Source: Candidatus Aenigmatarchaeota archaeon
Lineage (GTDB): Archaea > Aenigmatarchaeota > Aenigmatarchaeia > CG10238-14 > SCSR01
Assembly (NCBI GenBank): GCA_038999725.1
Contig: JAWBWS010000001.1
Location: 64,001-128,000 of the forward strand
Length of the DNA stretch: 64,000 bases
Direction: 5' to 3'
A program made the translations under genes and the position numbers. The stretch's first letter is position 1, and the number at the start of each line of letters is the position of its first letter. Below are positions 27,680 through 35,450 of this stretch, in pieces. Below the pieces are notes generated by a model that ran no database searches, was not told where the DNA came from, and saw only the letters and a list, made by a program, of their open reading frames with translations.

Positions 27680-28160
27680 ACCTACCCTCAATCAAGGCCT
27701 TGAAGACCGTTGAATGTTTTCTCCCTTGAATCAAACTTTCTATGGCTCTCCTTGCTTTTTGAACCTCGTCCCACTTACCTATCATTGAAACTGTTTTACC
27801 ATAAATTGCAATTTTAACATTTGTATATTTCTCTATTAATTTTTTTGCTTTACCTTCTCTCCCAATTACTCTACCTTTTACCACAATCATTCTTTTCCTC
27901 GATTTACCCAAAATTTGTTGGAGATTTATGGTCTCTAAGCAATATTCCTCATCCAACAAATTTAATGCAACGTCCAAATCAAAACCTCTTCCAAAAGCAT
28001 TCACCACTTCTTTTATTCTCATCAGTAACAGCGAATTCTCTGCTTCAATTGAAATTTCTTCATTTATTTTGATTTTGCAACCCAAAAGCTTTTCTAATTT
28101 ATCTACATAATTCCTAAAAATTTTCAACCTTTCTTCAGGAATTTTCACAAAATCTATCAT
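27672..28160 (-). CDS. KH-domain ribosome biogenesis protein (Dim2/Pno1 family)
   Basis: AFGRGF, KGRVIGREGK, IAIYGKTV, GRKHSTV. Confidence 0.9.
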   Translation of the reverse strand: MIDFVKIPEERLKIFRNYVDKLEKLLGCKIKINEEISIEAENSLLLMRIKEVVNAFGRGFDLDVALNLLDEEYCLETINLQQILGKSRKRMIVVKGRVIGREGKAKKLIEKYTNVKIAIYGKTVSMIGKWDEVQKARRAIESLIQGRKHSTVFKALIEGRYG

Positions 28161-28161
28161 A

Positions 28162-28497
28162 CTACTCTATCTGAATGTTTTTAATAAACCCCTTTTTCTT
28201 GAGCCAACCAGCTTGGGTTGGGGTGTACTTGAAGATTACATCCCCTTTCTCATTGCTTTGAACTTTCCATGGTTGTATGAGAACCAAATCGCCTGCACCT
28301 ATCCAAACCTTCTTCCTCAGTCTGCCAGGAATCCTGCATATTCTTGTATTTCCATCATCACATACAACCTTGAGCTTATCCCCTCCCAGCATCATTTCAA
28401 CCGCACCTAAGACTTCACCTTCTCTTGGAATTCTAATTCTAGCTATCTCAAGTTCTTCTTGTGTTGGCTCATATTTTTTTGTCATGTTACCACTCAT
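28162..28497 (-). CDS. eif1a: Translation initiation factor aIF-1A
   Basis: CDDGNTRICRIPGRLRKKVWI, KGDVIFKY. Confidence 0.95.
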   Translation of the reverse strand: MSGNMTKKYEPTQEELEIARIRIPREGEVLGAVEMMLGGDKLKVVCDDGNTRICRIPGRLRKKVWIGAGDLVLIQPWKVQSNEKGDVIFKYTPTQAGWLKKKGFIKNIQIE

Positions 28498-28509
28498 TTA
28501 ATTTTTCAT

Positions 28510-29184
28510 TCAAGAAATAGAAATTAGTATCGTATCTCTATAAACTTTTTTCCCTCTAACTCTTCCTCCTATTTTTCTGGTGATCTTGACTTTAGCCATA
28601 AACTTAGATTTGAGGATTCTTGCTATTTGGTGAGCAGAATTTTTAGAACCTATAAAAACATCGAAGCCATTTTTAGTTTCTTTTAGACTTGAAATAAACG
28701 CTAACCTATCATATTGATTTAGATAATTGATTTGACTTTCAATCTCATCTTTAATTTTTTCTAACAAATCTTTAGGTGCTCTCACTTGAAGAACTGCTTG
28801 AAAATATCCGGAGCTCTTCATGAAGCAAGCTTGGCAAGTTATCTTCTTTATCTTCAAATCTATTACCTTCTCCTCACTTTTTTCCAAATCATTTGTTTTT
28901 AAATTAAGCGTTAGGTAAATTTTACCGTCAGCTATCCTGTAGAAAAGAGAGTTTAATTCTTCTTCCCTAAAAAGCTGTTGGAAAAACCCTTCAATCAACT
29001 CTTCTATATTTGAAGAAGAATAGCTTCTAAAGAAAAATCTTCCACATGATACACATTCTTTAACTTCCAATCTTTCTGACAGTTTACCCAAAAAAGAAAA
29101 TTTTGAGAGGAAACATACTTCACAAAGTCCTTCATACAACTTTTCAGTTTTCTTTCCACATTTTGGACAAAACTTTTCTCTCAC
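28510..29184 (-). CDS. nmd3: Nmd3 family protein (short form)
   Basis: FCPKCG...LCEVC...ECVSCG...CQAC...GYFQAVLQVR, GFDVFIGS. Confidence 0.88.
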   Translation of the reverse strand: MREKFCPKCGKKTEKLYEGLCEVCFLSKFSFLGKLSERLEVKECVSCGRFFFRSYSSSNIEELIEGFFQQLFREEELNSLFYRIADGKIYLTLNLKTNDLEKSEEKVIDLKIKKITCQACFMKSSGYFQAVLQVRAPKDLLEKIKDEIESQINYLNQYDRLAFISSLKETKNGFDVFIGSKNSAHQIARILKSKFMAKVKITRKIGGRVRGKKVYRDTILISIS

Positions 29185-29234
29185 AAAAAGAAAATTATTT
29201 TTAAATTAGTTAAGCTTAAATAAAATTTTAGGAA

Positions 29235-29328
29235 GCCTCGTTAGCTCAGTTGGTAGAGCATCCGAAGAGTTAAAACTCTGGTGAACCTTGTAAGCGGAGG
29301 GTCGTGGGTTCAAATCCCACACGAGGCT
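29235..29328 (+). tRNA. tRNA-Thr(UGU), 21-nt intron at 30/31 (29265-29285)
   Basis: TCCG[aagagttaaaactctggtgaa]C-CTTGTAA-GCGGA; BHB helix CATC/GGTG. Confidence 0.92.
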
Positions 29329-29340
29329 TTCAAGCAAATT

Positions 29341-30375
29341 TTACAATAGATCTATGTCTAGTAATCTCGCCAAGTTTGAGAGATTTAAATTTTTTATTAG
29401 AGAAAAAAGGAATGGTTTATCAGAAATTTTTGATAAAAACCATTTCACCAACAATCCTTTTTTTATGGGCCAGGCAAGTCTTCCTTTCCATTTTTTATCA
29501 TAATTCTCCATCAAAAAATCTCTTGAGAAATTGTTTGTTTCTATAGCTTTTACTATAGCATCTCCAGCAATCTCTGCGCAAATCTTATTGTACACCAGAC
29601 CACCTGCAGAAAAAGGTTTAACCTGACAAGCAGCATCTCCTACAAGCAAAACATTATCAGAAACTGACTCTTCAATTAAACCATATCTTATCACATCACC
29701 TATCCTATTAGAAAAAATTTTTTTATCAAACCTTAATTTTAGGAAATTTTCCAAATAGTTGTTTGGGTTTTTGTTTGTCATTAAACCAACTCTAGCGATT
29801 TTTTCATTTTCGGGAACAACCCAAGCAAAGGAGCCTGGAGCAATTTTGGAACCAAAATGGAGTTCAACACTCCTAGCTTCAAAATTTGACTCCACCTTCA
29901 CTTGTAAAGCAAATAGAAAATTTTTGGGCTGGTTTATTCCAGCTTTTTTGGCAACAGTTGAATTTGGGCCATCTGCACCTACTAGAACCTTACATTTAAA
30001 TTTTCCCTTGTTAGTAAAAATTGTGTTGCCTTTGAAATCTAAAAATCTTGTTGATGTTTTAATTTCAGCTCCAGCTTTTTCAGCCCTTCTTGCAAGCCAT
30101 AAATCATATTTTCTCCTATCTAAAACAAACATTCTTTCTCTTGAGTTAATTTCAAAAAATTTATCTCCAGAGAAAAATCTTGCTTTATCAATTTTGTTTA
30201 AAATCATATCTTTTGGAATTTTACCTATCCTTTTACTAACCAAGCCTGTGCATTGAACAGGCTCTCCAATTTTTGAGTGCTCTTCTAATATTAAGACTGT
30301 GTACCCTTTTCTGGCAACATTCTCACCTGTGATACAACCAGCAGGGCCTGCGCCAACAATAATACAATCGAACAA
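29341..30375 (-). CDS. Geranylgeranyl reductase family FAD oxidoreductase
   Basis: IVGAGPAG, GEPVQCTG, GADGPNS, FAWVVP, LVGDAACQVKPFSAGG. Confidence 0.9.
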   Translation of the reverse strand: MFDCIIVGAGPAGCITGENVARKGYTVLILEEHSKIGEPVQCTGLVSKRIGKIPKDMILNKIDKARFFSGDKFFEINSRERMFVLDRRKYDLWLARRAEKAGAEIKTSTRFLDFKGNTIFTNKGKFKCKVLVGADGPNSTVAKKAGINQPKNFLFALQVKVESNFEARSVELHFGSKIAPGSFAWVVPENEKIARVGLMTNKNPNNYLENFLKLRFDKKIFSNRIGDVIRYGLIEESVSDNVLLVGDAACQVKPFSAGGLVYNKICAEIAGDAIVKAIETNNFSRDFLMENYDKKWKGRLAWPIKKGLLVKWFLSKISDKPFLFSLIKNLNLSNLARLLDIDLL

Positions 30376-30520
30376 ATCAATCCCCTAAACAAATATAATA
30401 TCCAAAAATTAAAATCCATCTAGAAGATCTTGGCATAACGAAACATTAGAATAAAAGATGATTGGAAACATTCACTAAAATAATAGTTGATTAATTTTAC
30501 TCTGTTCAATAATTCTCATC

Positions 30521-31266
30521 TTACCTACCAAAATTCCTTTGTATAGAGTTATACCATTTAATTGCCTTAATCAAATCTTTTTTGGAGAAATCTGGCCAAA
30601 GCTTTTTGGTAACATAAATTTCTGCATAAGATGCTTGTATCAACATGAAGTTTGAAAGTCTGGAAAAGCCCCCAGTCCTTATCACAAGGTCAAGAGGAGC
30701 AGGAACAAGCAAATTAGCTTCTATGTCTTTTTCTGTTACTTCTACTTTACCAATTTTTATCGCTTTTTCTACAATTTTTTTTATCGCTTGAGTTAATTCA
30801 AATTTGCTTCCGTAGGCTATCATTATGTTTAAAACCCTTTCCTGATATTTTGCGGTATTTTGCATTATTTTCCCCATAAGCTTAACGAGCTTTGGTGGTA
30901 ATTTTTCAAGGTCGCCAATAAACCTAACTTTGACTTGATATTTATCCAAAAATCCCCCTTCCTTCTTTTTCCCCCTCTCCCACTTTTTCAAATAATTGTA
31001 GAAAATCTTGAAAATTTCTTCCAATTCCCTTTTTGGTCTATTCAAGTTTTCTGTAGATAAAACATATGCCGAAACTTGTGGTATTCCTAACTCTAGACAC
31101 CAGTTCAAAAACTCTTCAAACTTTTTTGTGCTTGTGAGAGTTTATCCTCTCAACAATTTGCACCATATTTATGTCCTTCCCAAGGTTGTAAACCATGAAG
31201 TCTTGCCCATCTTCTGTTTCCATCCAAAATTATTCCTAGATGATTTGGGAGTGTCAACTCGTTCAT
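30521..31266 (-). CDS. uppS: cis-prenyltransferase UppS; join of exons 31266-31158 and 31125-30521 (237 aa)
   Basis: Exon 1 PNHLGIILDGNRRWA...GHKYGA with GGAGGTG SD; exon 2 YVLSTENLNR, DLVIRTGGFSRLSNF, QASYAE, LWPDF, RNFGR. Confidence 0.9.
31126..31157 (-). other. Predicted 32-nt BHB-type intron in uppS mRNA
   Basis: GUGC-AA|A-UUGU(U)GAGAG-GAUAAA-CUCUC-ACAA-GCAC-AA|A; removal restores GAKKFEEF in frame. Confidence 0.82.
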
Positions 31267-31335
31267 CGATACACCTCCATTTTTTCATAAATTTTAAATA
31301 ATATAAATATTTTTAAAAACAAAAAAGTTTGAAAT

Positions 31336-31439
31336 GGGGTCGTCGTCTAACCAGGTAGGACAGCAGGCTCCAGGTTCAATGGAGCTCTGACAAAAGATGA
31401 AGAAACCTGTATGTGAGGGTTCAAATCCCTCCGACCCCA
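31336..31439 (+). tRNA. tRNA-Trp(CCA), 31-nt intron at 37/38 (31374-31404)
   Basis: GGGGTCG/CGACCCC, GCAGG-CTCCAG[intron]A-CCTGT, GAGGG-TTCAAAT-CCCTC. Confidence 0.93.
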
Positions 31440-31492
31440 TCTACTTTCATTTTTCAATTATTGATAAAAATTCTAATTGATAAACACTATTT

Positions 31493-32461
31493 ATGTCAAT
31501 AGATGTGATTGGAGGGGGACCAGCTGGTTCTGCTGCTTCGATTTTCTTAGCTAAAAGAGGATTTGATGATATAAGGCTATATGAAAAATCTCCTAAATTA
31601 AGAAAACCATGCGGTGGTGGTTTAACTTGGAGAGTTTTTGAAAGATATGGCTATCTCTTAGAGGGTTTGAAAACAAATCCAATCAAAACAATTATTGTTG
31701 ATCTTGAGAATACTATGGTGAAATTTGAGTTCAAAAAAGCGGTGTTAAAAATAGTAGATCGCCTAAGACTCGACAAACATTTAAGAAAAATTGCCAAGAG
31801 CTTTGGTGTTAAAATAATTAAAAAAATGTTGAACCAAAAGAATTGAACAGTAAACTTGTGATTGATGCTAGAGGATTTGATTCAGAACAAGATTTTTCAA
31901 TCGCAAAGGTTGCCATTTGTAAAATAAAGAATTCTGTCGCTACTTTTGTCTTTAGGGAAAAAACTCATAAGTAGAGGTTACTTTTGGATTTTTCCAATAA
32001 ATAGAAAATTAGCTAACATTGGTTGTGCTGGAACTAGAAATGGTCTTAAAACCACCTTAGATAAAGCTTTTGAATGGTTTCTTGAGGAAACTGGTGCTAA
32101 ACCCTTAGTCATCATGAAGTATCCTGTGACTATGTACAATAAAATCAGCAATTTGATTTACAGAGATGGAGATAAAATTGTGGTTAAAGTTGGGGAGAGG
32201 GCTGGTCTTGTTAACCCGCTGACCGGAGAGGGAATTTATCATGCGATAAGAAGTTCAGAAATATTGAGTGAATGTATAGGGGACGATATTTTTTCATACC
32301 AGAAAAAGGTTGAGGATGAATTTAGAAAAGAACTCACGATTTCCAAATTCTTGGTCGGTTCTTTTCCAATAATACCAAATTCTCTAAAAATTTTTTTATT
32401 AAAACACACCGTGAAAATTATGTTCCCGTCTACTAAAATCATTGAAGAGTCTAGAAATTAA
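31493..32461 (+). pseudogene. Second GGR-like FAD oxidoreductase broken by two homopolymer frameshifts
   Basis: IGGGPAG/KPCGGG in ORF1; VIDARG in a second frame; GYFWIFP and VGERAGLVNPLTGEGI in ORF2; shifts at A7 (31820-31826) and A6 (31958-31963). Confidence 0.75.
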
Positions 32462-32462
32462 A

Positions 32463-33137
32463 TTATTTTTCTATCAATTCAACAAAAACCACTGGTCCCA
32501 AATTTTTCTTGATTATTCTTCCGTCTTTAGCTTTTTCCAGACAAATCAAATCTTGTTTGTAAGTTGGCCCCAAAGGTGTGACTAAAATTCCTCCCGGCTT
32601 AAGCTGATCAATCCAAGCTTTTGGTATTCTTTCCTTGGGAGCAGCACTTGAAACTATTTTATCAAATGGAGCATACTTTGGTAAGCCTTTTGAACCATCT
32701 CCCAAGATAAGCTTGACTTTGTCCCAATATCCTGTTCTCTTCAAATTTTTCTTTGCAAACTCGTAGGTTTCTGGGATTATTTCTATTCCATAAACTTCCC
32801 CCTTTTCACCAACAATTTCTTTCATGTAAGCTAATAAAATTCCTGAACCAGCACCAATCTCAAGGACTTTTTCTCCAGGCTTGAGCTTTAAGGCCGAAAG
32901 GAAGATTGCATGTATATGCTCTGCCGAAATTGTAACATTCCCCGGAATTGGTAGAGGTGTGTTTGAATAGGTTTGATCTCTATATTCTGGAGGAACAAAA
33001 TCTTCCCTTTTAACCTTAAGCATTGCCCTCTTAACAGCAGGATATTTTATGTAGCCACAATTCTCCAAGAATTGAATCATCTCCTTTCTCTGTTTATCCA
33101 AGTCCACATTTATTATTTGGAAAAAAATAAATTTCAT
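32463..33137 (-). CDS. pcm: Protein-L-isoaspartate O-methyltransferase
   Basis: REDFVP, TISA, VLEIGAGSG, GDGSKGLPKYAPFDKI, QLKPGGILV, VVFVEL. Confidence 0.92.
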   Translation of the reverse strand: MKFIFFQIINVDLDKQRKEMIQFLENCGYIKYPAVKRAMLKVKREDFVPPEYRDQTYSNTPLPIPGNVTISAEHIHAIFLSALKLKPGEKVLEIGAGSGILLAYMKEIVGEKGEVYGIEIIPETYEFAKKNLKRTGYWDKVKLILGDGSKGLPKYAPFDKIVSSAAPKERIPKAWIDQLKPGGILVTPLGPTYKQDLICLEKAKDGRIIKKNLGPVVFVELIEK

Positions 33138-33139
33138 TT

Positions 33140-33958
33140 ATGCAGAGCCCTGAGCAAGTTGTTAACAGAATAAAGTCTGTCCAAGTTCAAGGTGCAAAAG
33201 AAATAGCTCTTTATTCTTTAAGATATTTAAGAAAGTTTTGTGAAAAATATGGTTTTGGATTGAAGTTTGAAGTCGTTGCTATGATGCTTGAAAATGCTAG
33301 ACCAACCGCTGTTGTTTTACACAATTGCTTAGAAATTCTCAAAAAAGAGAGGAAACTTAGAACAATCGACAAGCTTATAAAAGAATTACAAGAATCCACA
33401 AAAAAAATAGCAAAGATTGGACAAAAAATAGTAAAGAATAATCAAAAAATTTTGACTCATTGCCACTCGGGAGAAGCCTTATCTATAATAAAAGAAGCTG
33501 CAAGACTTGGTAAAAAAATCTCTGTTTATGCAACAATTACAGAACCTTTAAAGCAAGGTATCAAAACAGCCCGAGAGCTGGCAAGAGAAAAAATTCCTGT
33601 AACTTTGGGTGAAGACATAGCTGTAGGTCATTTGATGTATTATGCTGATATTATAATCGTGGGCTCTGACGCCATCAGGAAAGAAGGTTTTGTCAATAAA
33701 GTTGGTACTTGGTTAATAGCAGAAGAAGCTAAAAGACATAAAAAACCTTTTTATGTGGTCGGGAGCCATTTCAAGTTCGACTCTAGAAAGAAGCTTGTAC
33801 TTGAAGAAAGACCTGCTTCTGAAATTTTACCAAAACCGATAAGAGGGGTGAAGGTTAGAAATCCTGCTTTTGATCTTGTACCTTGGAGTTATGTCACAGC
33901 TGTAATAACTGATAAAGGGATTTTTAAACCGGAAAAAATAAAAGAGATGATAAGATGA
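33140..33958 (+). CDS. Ribose-1,5-bisphosphate isomerase (eIF-2B-like)
   Basis: ARPTAV, LTHCHS, VGSDAI, NKVGT, RNPAFD; directly upstream of RuBisCO. Confidence 0.88.
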   Translation: MQSPEQVVNRIKSVQVQGAKEIALYSLRYLRKFCEKYGFGLKFEVVAMMLENARPTAVVLHNCLEILKKERKLRTIDKLIKELQESTKKIAKIGQKIVKNNQKILTHCHSGEALSIIKEAARLGKKISVYATITEPLKQGIKTARELAREKIPVTLGEDIAVGHLMYYADIIIVGSDAIRKEGFVNKVGTWLIAEEAKRHKKPFYVVGSHFKFDSRKKLVLEERPASEILPKPIRGVKVRNPAFDLVPWSYVTAVITDKGIFKPEKIKEMIR

Positions 33959-35175
33959 AATATTCAGACTATCTGGACTTCAAATATAAGCCTGGAAAAA
34001 ATGATTTGATTTGTTGTTTTAGAGTTGAACCTGAAAAGGGAGAAAGTATAAAAGAGGTGGCAGGAGCTATTGCTGCTGAAAGTAGCATAGGAACTTGGAC
34101 TGAAGTTTCAACAAAACCATATGTAAAGAAATTAGCTGCAAGAGTTTTTGAAATAAAAGAAGATTTTGTGAAAATAGCTTACCCGCTTGACTTGTTTGAA
34201 CCAGGAAACTTACCAAGCATCTTGAGTGGAATTGCTGGGAATATTTTTGGTATGAAGCATCTGAAAAATTTAAAGTTGGTTGATGTGAAATTTCCAGAAA
34301 AAATTTTAAAAAGTTTTAAAGGACCTAAGTATGGGATAGAAGGAATAAGAAAGATTTTAAAAGTGAGGGGAAGACCATTGATAGGAACTATAATCAAGCC
34401 TAAGATTGGTCTTAAAAGTGACGATCATGCAAAAGTTGCTTACGAAGCTTGGGTTGGTGGTTGTGATCTTGTCAAGGATGATGAAAATTTGAGCTCTCAA
34501 AAATTCAATAAATTTGAAGAGAGGTTGAAAAAGACTTTTAAGATGAAGGAAAAAGCAGAAAGAGAAACTGGAGAAAAGAAGGCTTACATGATAAACATAA
34601 CAGCTGAAACTGAAGAAATGATCAAAAGGGCAAAAATTGTTGAAGAAATTGGAAATGAATATGTGATGATTGACGTTATTACAGTTGGGTGGTCTGCCTT
34701 ACAGACTTTAAGAAATAAAGATTTTGATCTTGTGCTTCACGGTCATAGAGCTGGACATGCTATCATAACAAAAAACCCAAAACATGGGATTTCTATGAAG
34801 GTTTTGGCAAAGCTTATGAGGATTATTGGCATTGATCAATTACATGTTGGTACTGGAGTTGGAAAGATGTTTGAAAGTAAAGAAGAAGTGTTGGAAAATT
34901 GTAGGGTTTTGAAAGAAAAGATGTGGAAATTTAAGCCTGTGATGCCTGTTGCTTCTGGTGGTCTTCATCCTGCCTTAATTCCAAAAATTGTTGAAATTTT
35001 TGGAAAAAATGTTGTTATTCAAGCTGGTGGTGGAATACATGGTCACAAGCTCGGTACAAGAGCAGGGGCGATTGCCATGAGACAAGCAATTGATGCTGTA
35101 GAAAGAGGAATTCCTTTGAAAAAATATGCGGCAAGCCATAAAGAGCTTAAAGTTGCCTTAGAGGGGTTTAAATGA
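33955..35175 (+). CDS. rbcL: Form III RuBisCO
   Basis: AAESSIGTW, IIKPKIGL, DLVKDDENL, HGHRAGH, GVGKM, ASGGLHP, QAGGGIHGH. Confidence 0.96.
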   Translation: MKYSDYLDFKYKPGKNDLICCFRVEPEKGESIKEVAGAIAAESSIGTWTEVSTKPYVKKLAARVFEIKEDFVKIAYPLDLFEPGNLPSILSGIAGNIFGMKHLKNLKLVDVKFPEKILKSFKGPKYGIEGIRKILKVRGRPLIGTIIKPKIGLKSDDHAKVAYEAWVGGCDLVKDDENLSSQKFNKFEERLKKTFKMKEKAERETGEKKAYMINITAETEEMIKRAKIVEEIGNEYVMIDVITVGWSALQTLRNKDFDLVLHGHRAGHAIITKNPKHGISMKVLAKLMRIIGIDQLHVGTGVGKMFESKEEVLENCRVLKEKMWKFKPVMPVASGGLHPALIPKIVEIFGKNVVIQAGGGIHGHKLGTRAGAIAMRQAIDAVERGIPLKKYAASHKELKVALEGFK

Positions 35176-35450
35176 AAAAACATCTATTTATATTGGTGTT
35201 ACTTTTTGTGTCGGCTTTTTCAGTTATAGTTTTCCATAAACTAACAAAAAATATTTGTGTTTTTGACTTGGAGTGTAAGTGGAAAATAACAAATTGCTGC
35301 CCTGAGAGTATGGGAGCAAAATGGGAATGTGTAAACATAAAATCTTTTAATGAACTTGAATGCCCAAAATATGTGATTTGCCCGCAATTTTTATCTCCAA
35401 AACCAAATTTATCTTGTAAGTGTGAAAGGGGAGGTTGTGTGGTAAGATGA
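35172..35450 (+). CDS. Small secreted Cys-rich protein
   Basis: Signal/TM segment followed by ~10 Cys; ATGA overlaps at both ends. Confidence 0.7.
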   Translation: MKKHLFILVLLFVSAFSVIVFHKLTKNICVFDLECKWKITNCCPESMGAKWECVNIKSFNELECPKYVICPQFLSPKPNLSCKCERGGCVVR

